Source of the DNA: an uncultured Solirubrobacteraceae bacterium
Lineage (GTDB): Bacteria > Actinomycetota > Thermoleophilia > Solirubrobacterales > Solirubrobacteraceae
Length of the DNA: 64,000 nucleotides
NCBI GenBank assembly: GCA_963746795.1
Contig: CAVVCR010000002.1
Coordinates: 45,712 to 109,711 of the forward strand
Reading direction: 5' to 3'
Below, in pieces: positions 34,295 to 42,797 of this stretch. The position numbers were made by a program, and so were the translations under genes. Each line of letters starts with the position of its first letter. Positions within the stretch are counted from its first letter, which is position 1. The notes below the pieces were generated by a model. It made no database searches and was not told the DNA's origin. It saw only the letters and a program-made list of their open reading frames with translations.

Positions 34295-35893
34295 ATGGCG
34301 CATCACGGATTCGAGAGCTATTGGGTCGAGGGCGAAGGTGTGCTCTCCGAGTCCGGCGAAGGCCGCCAGGCGCCCGCCGTCGCTGCGAACGTCGACGCTG
34401 CCGTGCCGCCGTTCCGCTTCAGCCGGATGGGGCCGAAGGGGACCGGCAAGCAGCTCGGGGAGCCCAACCACCGCAAGCTCGCGCGGGCGATGACCGCCGG
34501 CCGTGGTGGCTTCGGGAACATCCCGGCGGGCTACACGTACCTCGGCCAGTTCATCGACCACGACCTCACGTTCGACAAGTCGACGGTCGCGCTCGGGGAG
34601 AACATCCCGCTCGCGCAGCTGCTGCAGGCGCGCTCGCCGAGCCTGGACCTCGACTCGCTGTACGGCGCCGGGCCGGGCGACCCCGAGTCGGCCAAGTTCT
34701 ACAGCGACGGCGTGCGGCTGAAGATGGGCAAGACGGACGCGGTCGGCCCGCCGCCGTTCCAGGCCCGCGACGGGTTCGACCTGCCGCGGGTGGGCGGCAG
34801 CGGCTCGAAGGCGAAGAAGCGCAAAGCCAACATCCCCGACCCCCGCAACGACGAGAACCTGGCCGTCGCCCAGACGCACCTGGCCATGATCCGCTTCCAC
34901 AACCGGGTCGTCGACAGCCTGCCGAACGCGATGCCCGCCACGCAGAAGTTCGCGACGGCGCGCGACATCGTCACCCGGCACTACCAGTGGATGCTGAAGA
35001 CCGACTACCTGCCGCGGATCGCCGCGCCGGGCGTGGTCAGCAACGTCTTCAACAGCGGTCGCAAGGCGTTCGAGGTCGGCGCCGCGGCAACCACGATCCC
35101 GACGATGCCGATCGAGTTCTCGATCGCCGCCTTCCGGCTCGGTCACGCGATGGTCCGCGACGCCTACGACTGGAACGCAGCGTTCCCGAGCGGCGACGGC
35201 ACGCTCGGCTTCCTGTTCGAGTTCTCCGGCCTCAGCGGCACGCTGTTCGGGGGCGTCCGGCTGCCGAGCAACTGGATCGCGGATTGGCGGCGGCTGTACG
35301 ACTTCAAGAAGGAGCAGAACCGCAACGACCTCGCGCCGCCCGGGTCGCTCAACAAGGCGATGCGGATCGACACCACGCTCGCCACGACCCTGCACGCGCT
35401 GCCGACGAACACCACCGGGGACCCCGCGGGCGGCATCCGCGACGACCTCGCGTTCCGCAACCTGCGGCGCGCGCGGATGGTCCGCCTCGCGACGGGCCAG
35501 CAGATGGCGACGTTCCTCAAGGGCAAGGGCGTCACCCTGACCAAGCTCACGAGAGCCCAGCTACGCGACGGCAAGAACGGCGCCAAGCTGGACGGGCTCG
35601 CCCCGGGCCAGCGCGACGGCCTGCTCACCAACACCCCGCTCTGGTTCTACATCCTGCGCGAGGCCGAGCTCAACAACGGCAGGCTCAACGGCGTCGGCGC
35701 GCGGATCGTCGCCGAAACGTTCCACCGCGCGATGGAAGGCAGCACGTCCTCGATCGTCCGCGACCCGACCTGGCGGCCCAACCTGGGGCCGAACGACGCC
35801 ACGTTCCGGATGAGCGACCTGCTGATGTTCGCCTTCGAGGGCAAGAAGAACCTGCTCGCCCCGCTCGGAGACACGACCGGCGGCGACATCTGA
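34295..35893 (+). CDS. animal-type heme peroxidase family protein (peroxidase-cyclooxygenase superfamily)
   Basis: 532 aa. It has the distal-His motif YLGQFIDHDLTFD, then RNDENLAVAQTHLAMIRFHN, and the proximal-His motif EFSIAAFRLGHAMV. No signal peptide. Confidence 0.8.
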   Translation: MAHHGFESYWVEGEGVLSESGEGRQAPAVAANVDAAVPPFRFSRMGPKGTGKQLGEPNHRKLARAMTAGRGGFGNIPAGYTYLGQFIDHDLTFDKSTVALGENIPLAQLLQARSPSLDLDSLYGAGPGDPESAKFYSDGVRLKMGKTDAVGPPPFQARDGFDLPRVGGSGSKAKKRKANIPDPRNDENLAVAQTHLAMIRFHNRVVDSLPNAMPATQKFATARDIVTRHYQWMLKTDYLPRIAAPGVVSNVFNSGRKAFEVGAAATTIPTMPIEFSIAAFRLGHAMVRDAYDWNAAFPSGDGTLGFLFEFSGLSGTLFGGVRLPSNWIADWRRLYDFKKEQNRNDLAPPGSLNKAMRIDTTLATTLHALPTNTTGDPAGGIRDDLAFRNLRRARMVRLATGQQMATFLKGKGVTLTKLTRAQLRDGKNGAKLDGLAPGQRDGLLTNTPLWFYILREAELNNGRLNGVGARIVAETFHRAMEGSTSSIVRDPTWRPNLGPNDATFRMSDLLMFAFEGKKNLLAPLGDTTGGDI

Positions 35894-35897
35894 CCCG

Positions 35898-36188
35898 TTA
35901 GGGATCCACGAGCCGGCGCAGCTCCTCCCGCGCCGGCTCGTCGAGCACCTCGAAGCGCACCGCATACGAGTCGTGCCCGGCCTGGCGCAGCACGCGCCCG
36001 CGGCCCACGATGCGCGGCGGTACCTCGATGACGAGCACCTCGTCGGTCGCCAGCGGGCGGGAGGTGCACACGCGCATGCCGCCCGGCCCCAGGTCGAGGG
36101 TGCGGCCGGAGATCGGCGTGCCGCTGCGGCGCCGCAGCGTGCACTGCAGCTCGACCCTGGCCCGTTGCGCTCGCCGCTGCTCGTTCAT
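35898..36188 (-). CDS. single-domain PilZ c-di-GMP receptor
   Basis: 96 aa starting at MNEQRRAQRARV (RxxxR), with LDLGPGGMRV (DxSxxG-like). It starts 17 nt downstream of the HExxH gene stop on the same strand. Confidence 0.75.
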   Translation of the reverse strand: MNEQRRAQRARVELQCTLRRRSGTPISGRTLDLGPGGMRVCTSRPLATDEVLVIEVPPRIVGRGRVLRQAGHDSYAVRFEVLDEPAREELRRLVDP

Positions 36189-36205
36189 CCGTCCCCCAGT
36201 ACCCG

Positions 36206-37363
36206 TCAGGCGCCCCCGGCCACCCGCCGCGCCAGGCCAGCCCGCGAGCCTATCGCGAGCGTGACATGTCCGCCGCGCCGCACGACCGCCGCGCCCGGGC
36301 GCCGCTCGCCCGCCCACTCGCGCAGGGCCCGCGCGAAGACCGCCTCGTCGCGCGCTGTATCCCAGCGCCAGCGCATCACGAGAACGCTCGCACCGGGCGC
36401 CCGCCAGAGCTCGTAGCGGTCCCCTCCCCACCCGGCCGCGGCCTCCGCAGAGCGGACCAGCTCGCGGGTCTGCAGCTCGCCCCACGTGCCGGCCCGCGCC
36501 CGCGACCAGCCGCGTCCGAGCACCGCGCCCGCCCGCAGCCGCACGCGCCGCGGCTCGTCGGCGGAGAAGTACGCCCGTGGGTGGATGACCTGCTCGGTCG
36601 ATGCCGGCGGCCGCAGCCGGAACGCTGTGTCGACCAGCGTCCAGCGCCCGCCGGCGCGCTCGAGCAGGTCGCCCACGAAGCGCTCGCCGCCCAGGTACGC
36701 GAACAGCAGCTGCGCCTGCAGGAAGGACGGCAGGTCGCCGGTGTCCTCGAACGCGGAGCCGAGCAGGCCGCCGAGCGCCTCCTCCACGCTGAAGTACCGC
36801 TGCACGTAGGCGTACATGAGGGAGGTCGCGCTCCCCTCGTACAGGGCGGCGCGGGCGAGCTCGCGGTCGTCGGTCGCTGCCGGCTCGGTCGGGAGGCCGA
36901 AGCGCTGGTCCTCGAGCGCATGGGTGAGCTCATGGGCGAGCACCATCTCCTCCAGCACCCGCGTGCCCGTGCCGGCGCCTTCGACGACCCGCAGGCGCCC
37001 GTCCTGCGGGTCGTAGTAGCCGGCCACGCCCTCGCCGAACAGCGACCGGCTGATCTCTCGCAGGTCCGCGTCGGGCTCGATCAGCCCGAGCAGCTTGTAG
37101 ATCTCCTCGTCGGCCTCCCGGCGCGCCGCCGGGTACTGGCGGTCGAGGTCGGCGAGGCCGTCGCGCTCGGCCTGCCGCGGGCTGACCGTGACGGGATCCG
37201 GGAGCCGCGCGAAGCGCAGCGAGCGCAGCGCCTCGACCCGGCGGGCGATCACGTCGACCGAGGCCGCGGCGGGAGCGGCCGCGCCCTCCTCGTCCTCGGT
37301 CAGTGCCCACAGGCCCAGCAGGGCCACGATCAGGACGGCGATCACCGTGAGCGGCATGCGCAT
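36206..37363 (-). CDS. membrane-anchored putative zinc metallopeptidase (HExxH)
   Basis: 385 aa. It has an N-terminal TM (LTVIAVLIVALLGLWAL) and the motif MVLAHELTHALED. No precise family was recognised. Confidence 0.55.
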   Translation of the reverse strand: MRMPLTVIAVLIVALLGLWALTEDEEGAAAPAAASVDVIARRVEALRSLRFARLPDPVTVSPRQAERDGLADLDRQYPAARREADEEIYKLLGLIEPDADLREISRSLFGEGVAGYYDPQDGRLRVVEGAGTGTRVLEEMVLAHELTHALEDQRFGLPTEPAATDDRELARAALYEGSATSLMYAYVQRYFSVEEALGGLLGSAFEDTGDLPSFLQAQLLFAYLGGERFVGDLLERAGGRWTLVDTAFRLRPPASTEQVIHPRAYFSADEPRRVRLRAGAVLGRGWSRARAGTWGELQTRELVRSAEAAAGWGGDRYELWRAPGASVLVMRWRWDTARDEAVFARALREWAGERRPGAAVVRRGGHVTLAIGSRAGLARRVAGGA

Positions 37364-37407
37364 CCCTGATTGGATAGCGGGTCCCAGACCGAAAGGACTC
37401 CAGCTCC

Positions 37408-38130
37408 ATGCCAGACCGCGCCGCGCTCGTCACCGGAGCCTCGAGCGGGATCGGGCTCGCCATCGCTCACGCGCTGGGCGAGGACGGCCATGCGCTGACC
37501 GTCGCGGCGCGCCGGCCCGAGAAGCTCTCGCACGCGGTCGAGGAGCTGCGCGCCGCCGGCCACGAGGTCGAGGAGGTCGCCGCCAACCTGACCGAGGAGG
37601 ACGACATCCGGCGCGTGGTCGCGGCCCATCGCGAGCGGTTCGGCCGGCTCGACGTGCTCGTCAACAGCGCCGGCGTCGGCTTCGGCGCGCCCGCCGGCGA
37701 GCACCAGACCAAGCGCGTGGACATGCAGCTCGACCTCAACCTGCGCGCAATCGTGCTCTTCTACCGCGAGGCGCTCGACCTCCTCAAGGCGGCCGGCGGC
37801 GAGCACCGCAACGCGCTCGTCGTCAACCTCTCGTCGATCTCCGGCAAGGCCGGCCAGCCCTGGCTGTCGGTGTACTCGGCGACCAAGGCCGCGGTGATCG
37901 GCTACACGCAGGCGATGAACGCGGAGCTCAACGGCGACGGGATCAAGTCGGTCGCTCTCTGCCCCGGGTTCGTCGACACCCCGATGACGGACTTCATCAA
38001 GGAGCAGGTCGCGCCCGAGGCGATGATCAGCACTGCCGACGTGGTTGCGGCGGTGCGCTTCGTGCTCCAGACCTCGCCCGCCTGCGTGGTGCCCGAGATC
38101 GTCCTCCAGCGGCCCGGCCAGAATCTCTGA
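37408..38130 (+). CDS. SDR family oxidoreductase
   Basis: 240 aa with TGASSGIG, NSAG and YSATKAAV. Confidence 0.85.
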   Translation: MPDRAALVTGASSGIGLAIAHALGEDGHALTVAARRPEKLSHAVEELRAAGHEVEEVAANLTEEDDIRRVVAAHRERFGRLDVLVNSAGVGFGAPAGEHQTKRVDMQLDLNLRAIVLFYREALDLLKAAGGEHRNALVVNLSSISGKAGQPWLSVYSATKAAVIGYTQAMNAELNGDGIKSVALCPGFVDTPMTDFIKEQVAPEAMISTADVVAAVRFVLQTSPACVVPEIVLQRPGQNL

Positions 38131-38213
38131 ACGGATTTGCGCAAGAGATCCGCGCCACGAGCGTTATCGCTGTCGGTACCGTGGACACCGCGGTGGCAGG
38201 ACGTGTGACCGAC

Positions 38214-38939
38214 ATGGACGAAGACACCCTCCTGCAGGCTCGCCTCGACCGCACCGAGCGGGAGGCCCACGCGCGCCAGCAGCAGCTCGAGCGCTACGCC
38301 GCCGACCTGCGCGAGGTCTTCAAGCAGGAGCGCAGCCGCGCGCAGCAGCTGCGGCAGTCCTACAAGGCCACCGTGAGGGCGCTCTCGAACGCCGTCGAGG
38401 CCCGCGACGCCTACACCGGCAAGCATGCCGAGCGTGTCACGGCGTACGGGATCGCGCTGGCCGAGGCGATCGGGATCGACACGGTCGGAGCGCCCGGGCT
38501 CGAGTTCGGCTTCCTGCTGCACGACGTGGGCAAGCTCGCGGTGCCCGACGCGATCCTCTTCAAGCCCGCCGCGCTCAGCGCGGAGGAGTTCTCGCTCGTC
38601 GCCCGCCACCCGGAGGTGGGGGCCGAGATCCTGCGCGACGTGGACTTCCTGGGCGAGGGCAAGCTCGTCGTCCGCCACCACCACGAGCGCTGGGACGGCG
38701 CCGGCTACCCCGACCGCCTGGCCGGCGACGCCATCCCACTCCCCGCGCGCGTGTTCGCCGTCGCCGACGCGCTGGACGCGCTCACCACGGACCGGCCGTA
38801 TCGCCGCGCGACCCGCTTCTCGCGGGCGCGCGAGGAGATCCGCTCGAACGCGGGCTCGCAGTTCGATCCCGCCGTCGTGGCCGCCTTCGACACGATCCCG
38901 GACGCGCGCCTGGCCGAGATCCGGGACGCGGTGACGTGA
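38214..38939 (+). CDS. HD-GYP domain c-di-GMP phosphodiesterase
   Basis: 241 aa. An N-terminal coiled coil is followed by TGKHAERV, LLHDVGK and HHERWDGAGYP. The start is approximate. Confidence 0.85.
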   Translation: MDEDTLLQARLDRTEREAHARQQQLERYAADLREVFKQERSRAQQLRQSYKATVRALSNAVEARDAYTGKHAERVTAYGIALAEAIGIDTVGAPGLEFGFLLHDVGKLAVPDAILFKPAALSAEEFSLVARHPEVGAEILRDVDFLGEGKLVVRHHHERWDGAGYPDRLAGDAIPLPARVFAVADALDALTTDRPYRRATRFSRAREEIRSNAGSQFDPAVVAAFDTIPDARLAEIRDAVT

Positions 38940-39310
38940 CCCGGACGATCCTGATCGTGGACGACGACGCCGCGATCCGGCGCCTGATCGCCACGACGCT
39001 CGAGGACGTGTCCGGCTACCGCCTGCAGGAGGCCGCCAACGGCGCCGAGGCGGTCGAGCGGGCCGTCGACTCGCGGCCCGAGATCGTCTTCCTCGACGTC
39101 GAGATGCCGCGCCTGGACGGGATCGAGGCGTGCCGCCGGCTGCGCTCGGACCCCGCGACGGCCGAGGCGACGATCGTGATGCTCACCGGTGCCTCCGGCC
39201 CCCAGGCCGAGAGCGGCGCGCTCGCCGCGGGTGCGGACCTCTTCCTCACCAAGCCGTTCTCGCCGCTGCACCTGCTCCGCCTGGTGGACCGGATCGGCGC
39301 GACCGGCTGA
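38936..39310 (+). CDS. stand-alone response-regulator receiver (CheY-like)
   Basis: 124 aa with a GTG start that overlaps the HD-GYP stop. It has ILIVDDD, the phospho-acceptor in FLDVEMPRLDG, LTG and KPF. Confidence 0.85.
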   Translation: MTRTILIVDDDAAIRRLIATTLEDVSGYRLQEAANGAEAVERAVDSRPEIVFLDVEMPRLDGIEACRRLRSDPATAEATIVMLTGASGPQAESGALAAGADLFLTKPFSPLHLLRLVDRIGATG

Positions 39311-39326
39311 TAGCGTCGCCGCGCCC

Positions 39327-40400
39327 GTGAAGCTCGGCCTGCACATCGGATACTGGGGGCTCGGCCTGAGCTCGGACGAGCAGCTGCGGCTCGTGCAGGA
39401 GGCCGAGCGGCTCGGGTACGACTCCGTCTGGAGCGCGGAGGCCTACGGGTCCGACGCGGCGACCATCCTCGGCTGGCTGTCACAGGCCACGACGAAGATC
39501 CGGCTCGGGTCGGCGATCTTCCAGATGCCCGGGCGGTCGGCGGCCATGACCGCCATGACCGCCGCCACGATCGACCAGCTCTCCGGCGGGCGGATGATCC
39601 TCGGGATCGGCTCCTCCGGGCCGCAGGTGGCCGAGGGATGGCACGGGCAGCGCTTCGCCCGCCAGCTCCAGCGCACGCGCGAGTACGTCGACGTCGTGCG
39701 CAAGGCGCTCTCGCGGGAGCGCCTCGAGTACAAGGGCGAGACGCTCGAGCTGCCGCTGCCCGACGGCCCTGGGCGGGCGCTCAAGCTCACGATCGCGCCC
39801 GTGCAGGAGCGGATCCCGATCTACCTGGCCGCGATCGGGCCGAAGAACACGACGCTCGCCGCCGAGATCGCCGACGGCTGGATCCCGACCCTGTTCTCGC
39901 CCGAGCACGTCGCCGAGTTCCGGCCCCTGCTCGAGGAGGGGTTCTCCAAGGCCGGCCAGCGAAGCGGCGGCGAGGCATCTGGCCGAGACGGCAGGAAGGG
40001 GTTCGGCGACTTCGAGATCGCGCCGAGCGTGAACGTGATGGTCACCGAGGACGCCGCCGGTGCGCGCGACGCCATGCGGCCGTTCGTGGCCCTCTACGTG
40101 GGCGGGATGGGGTCGCGCGAGAAGAACTTCTACAACGCGCTCGTGCGCCGCTACGGCTTCGAGGACGCCGCCCAGCGCGTGCAGGACCTCTACCTCGAGG
40201 GCAAGCGCGACGAGGCGGCCGCGGCACTGCCCGAAGAGCTGATCGACACCGTCTCCCTGTGCGGCCCGCCCGACCGCGTGCGGGACCGGCTGGCGGTGTT
40301 CCGCGACGCCGGCGTCGGGACGCTCATGGTCTCCCCGATGGCGTGGACGTTCGAGGACCGCCTGCAGCAGCTCCGGCACGTCGCCGAGCTCGCGGCATAA
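39327..40400 (+). CDS. LLM-class F420-dependent oxidoreductase
   Basis: 357 aa with a GTG start. VKLGLHIGYWG...YDSVWSAEAYGSDA...GIGSSGPQVAEGWHG resembles the Rv3520c-like luciferase-like monooxygenase family. Confidence 0.8.
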   Translation: MKLGLHIGYWGLGLSSDEQLRLVQEAERLGYDSVWSAEAYGSDAATILGWLSQATTKIRLGSAIFQMPGRSAAMTAMTAATIDQLSGGRMILGIGSSGPQVAEGWHGQRFARQLQRTREYVDVVRKALSRERLEYKGETLELPLPDGPGRALKLTIAPVQERIPIYLAAIGPKNTTLAAEIADGWIPTLFSPEHVAEFRPLLEEGFSKAGQRSGGEASGRDGRKGFGDFEIAPSVNVMVTEDAAGARDAMRPFVALYVGGMGSREKNFYNALVRRYGFEDAAQRVQDLYLEGKRDEAAAALPEELIDTVSLCGPPDRVRDRLAVFRDAGVGTLMVSPMAWTFEDRLQQLRHVAELAA

Positions 40401-40407
40401 GGGCCTG

Positions 40408-41613
40408 TTGAGGATCTTCCTCGGCGCCTTCGGGGATCCCGGGCACGCGTTCCCGATGCTCGCGCTCGGCGAGGCGCTCGTGGCCCGCGGGCACGAGGTG
40501 ACGCTGCAGACCTGGCGGCGGTGGGAGTCGGCGGCGACGGGCGCGGGGATGGGGTTCGCGGCGGCGCCCGAGTACCAGGTCTTCCCCACGCGCGAGCGGC
40601 CGCTCAAGCCGTACGCGGCGGCGGTGCGCGGGGCGCGGGAGACGCAGCCGGTCGTACGTGAGACGGCGCCGGACGTCGCGGTGTCGGACATCCTCACGCC
40701 CGCCCCGGCGCTGGCCGCCGAGCTCGAGGGCGTCCCGGTGGCGACGCTCGTGCCGCACCTGCACCCCGACCTGCCGCCCGGCTTCCCGCCCTACTCGATC
40801 GGCGCCCGGCTCCCGCGCACCGCCGCCGGGCGCGCCCTGTGGCGGTCGACCGACCGACTCGTCGCGCGAGGCCTCGAGCAGGGGCGGCGCGAGTACAACG
40901 ACTGCCGCGCGCGGCTCGGGCTCGGCCCGCTGCCGTGGGTCCACACCGGCGTCTCGCGCTCGCTGGCGCTGGTCGCCTCGCTCCCGCAGCTCGAGTACCC
41001 GCGCGACTGGCCGCCGTACCTGCGGGTCGTCGGGCCGCTGCTGTGGGAGCCGCCCGCCGAGCCCGTGGCACCGCCGCCGGGCGAGGGCCCCGTCGTGCTC
41101 GTGGCGCCCTCGACCGCGCAGGACCCCGGCCACCGGTTGCTGCGAGCGGCGCTCGAGGGCCTTGCCCGCGAGCCGGTGCGGGTCATCGCGACCTGGAACG
41201 GCCGTGAGCCGTCTCCCCCGCTGCGCGCGCCCGCCAATGCTGTCCTCGTGCCCTGGCTGTCGTACTCGCGCACGATGCCCGCGTGCGACCTCGTGGTCAC
41301 CCACGGCGGGCACGGCACGCTCACGCGCGCGCTGTCGTGCGGGTGCCCGGTCGTCGTCTCGCCCGCGGGCGGCGACATGGCCGAGAACGCCGCCCGCGTG
41401 GACCGAGCGGGCCTCGGTGTGCGTCTGCCGCGACGGTACGCGACACCGCGCGGCGTCCGGCTCGCAGTGCGGCGTGCGCTCGCACGCCCCAGGCTGGGCG
41501 AGAACGCGCGCGGCGTGGCGCGCTGGATCGCCGCCAACGACGCGGGCGAGCGAGCCGCGCAAGCGCTCGAACGCTGGTCACAGCATGCCGGGCTCGCGCG
41601 AGGAATTGGGTGA
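40408..41613 (+). CDS. GT1 family glycosyltransferase (MGT/UDP-glycosyltransferase-like)
   Basis: 401 aa. It has GDPGHAFPMLALGEAL at the N-terminus and the donor-binding motif THGGHGTLTRALSCGCPVVVSPAGGDMAENA. Confidence 0.8.
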   Translation: MRIFLGAFGDPGHAFPMLALGEALVARGHEVTLQTWRRWESAATGAGMGFAAAPEYQVFPTRERPLKPYAAAVRGARETQPVVRETAPDVAVSDILTPAPALAAELEGVPVATLVPHLHPDLPPGFPPYSIGARLPRTAAGRALWRSTDRLVARGLEQGRREYNDCRARLGLGPLPWVHTGVSRSLALVASLPQLEYPRDWPPYLRVVGPLLWEPPAEPVAPPPGEGPVVLVAPSTAQDPGHRLLRAALEGLAREPVRVIATWNGREPSPPLRAPANAVLVPWLSYSRTMPACDLVVTHGGHGTLTRALSCGCPVVVSPAGGDMAENAARVDRAGLGVRLPRRYATPRGVRLAVRRALARPRLGENARGVARWIAANDAGERAAQALERWSQHAGLARGIG

Positions 41614-42162
41614 ATGCTCCCTGCCGCCCTCTCCCGCTTCGTCCTCCCCGCGGCGCTGGGCGGCAGCGCGCTCATCGTCGGCGGCCTGGCCGGCTTTCTG
41701 CTCGGCTTCGTCGGCGTCCTGCTCGGCATCGATCGCGCGCTGGGCTTTGCGGGCGTGAGCCGGGTCGAGGCCGAGCGCGCGTACCGCCGGGTCGCCCGCC
41801 GGCGCGCCGGCACCCTCGCGTACCTGCCCGACGACGCCGGCTGGGGGGCCACGGCGCCGCGGCGCACGCTCGGCGTGCAGGCGATCGCGGTCGACTCGAT
41901 CGCCGGTACCACCGACCGCCACAAGGCGGAGAGCTTCGACGCCGCGTTCCGCCCGCCGGAGTGGAGCCGCGAGCGCTGGCTGCAGCTGTGGCTCGCCGCG
42001 CGGGCCGGCGGCTCGCTTCCGCCGATCTCGGTCTACCGGGTCGGCGAACGCCACTTCGTGCGCGACGGCCACCACCGCGTCTCCGTGGCCCGCGCGCTCG
42101 GCGCCGACAGCATCGAGGCGTCGGTGGTCGAGCTACGCGCGGCTGGGCAGCGCGCCGCGTAG
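41614..42162 (+). CDS. membrane-anchored ParB/sulfiredoxin-like domain protein
   Basis: 182 aa. The ATG directly follows the GT1 stop (TGAATG). It has an N-terminal TM and the block ISVYRVGERHFVRDGHHRVSVARALG (DGHHR, ParB/Srx fold). Confidence 0.55.
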   Translation: MLPAALSRFVLPAALGGSALIVGGLAGFLLGFVGVLLGIDRALGFAGVSRVEAERAYRRVARRRAGTLAYLPDDAGWGATAPRRTLGVQAIAVDSIAGTTDRHKAESFDAAFRPPEWSRERWLQLWLAARAGGSLPPISVYRVGERHFVRDGHHRVSVARALGADSIEASVVELRAAGQRAA

Positions 42163-42735
42163 GCCGCGGACGGCTTCGGCGGCGGCGGTGCGAGCGTCGC
42201 GCCCGCCGGGCTTGCGGCCGTGGGCGAGCAGGCGAGGCGGGGTCAGCACGGCGGAGACCTTCACGCTCTCCAGGCCGTCGAAGAACACCTCGCGCACGGC
42301 CTGCTCGCTGAAGCGGTAGTAGTCGAACTTGAAGTGCACCCGGTACGTGACGGTCGACCGCCCCTGGTCGTCGTCACGCTTGGTGTAGCCGGGAACGCCG
42401 ATCACGAGCATGCCGCCGGGGCGCAGCACGCGCTTCATCTCGGCTACCGACAGCCAGAAGTGCTTGTCGTGCTCGAGCGTCGAGCAGCACAGCACGAGGT
42501 CGAACGAATCGTCCTCGAACATGTCCATCTTGTTGGCGTTGCCGGTGATCGAGGTGATGCCGTCGGCGCTCGGCATCTCGGCGAGGTTGAGGCAGAAGCG
42601 CTCGGCTCCCGCCAACTCCGGGAAGCGCAGCAGCGACCCCTTGCCCATCACGCCGCCGACCTCGAGCGCGCGCTGCGGCTTGACGCCCGTCCGGCGGAGG
42701 ATGTTGTGGAACCGGCGCATGATCTCTGGGCTCAC
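42133..42735 (-). CDS. class I SAM-dependent methyltransferase
   Basis: 200 aa. It has ALEVGG, FDLVLCCSTLEH and LRPGGMLVI. Its 3' end overlaps the convergent gene by 30 nt. Confidence 0.75.
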   Translation of the reverse strand: MSPEIMRRFHNILRRTGVKPQRALEVGGVMGKGSLLRFPELAGAERFCLNLAEMPSADGITSITGNANKMDMFEDDSFDLVLCCSTLEHDKHFWLSVAEMKRVLRPGGMLVIGVPGYTKRDDDQGRSTVTYRVHFKFDYYRFSEQAVREVFFDGLESVKVSAVLTPPRLLAHGRKPGGRDARTAAAEAVRGLRGALPSRA

Positions 42736-42797
42736 GGGGCGCGAACCTAGCAGCCCGGCGCGCCGTGATTCCGCGTTCTGCCGGAGGATGTGCTCAG

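Noticed and set aside
41741-41760. A second CGCAAAGCC-like string (minus strand), considered as another GEMM-I riboswitch.
   Set aside because: It lies inside the ParB-like coding sequence. It lacks the GGCAAACC block and the flanking helices.
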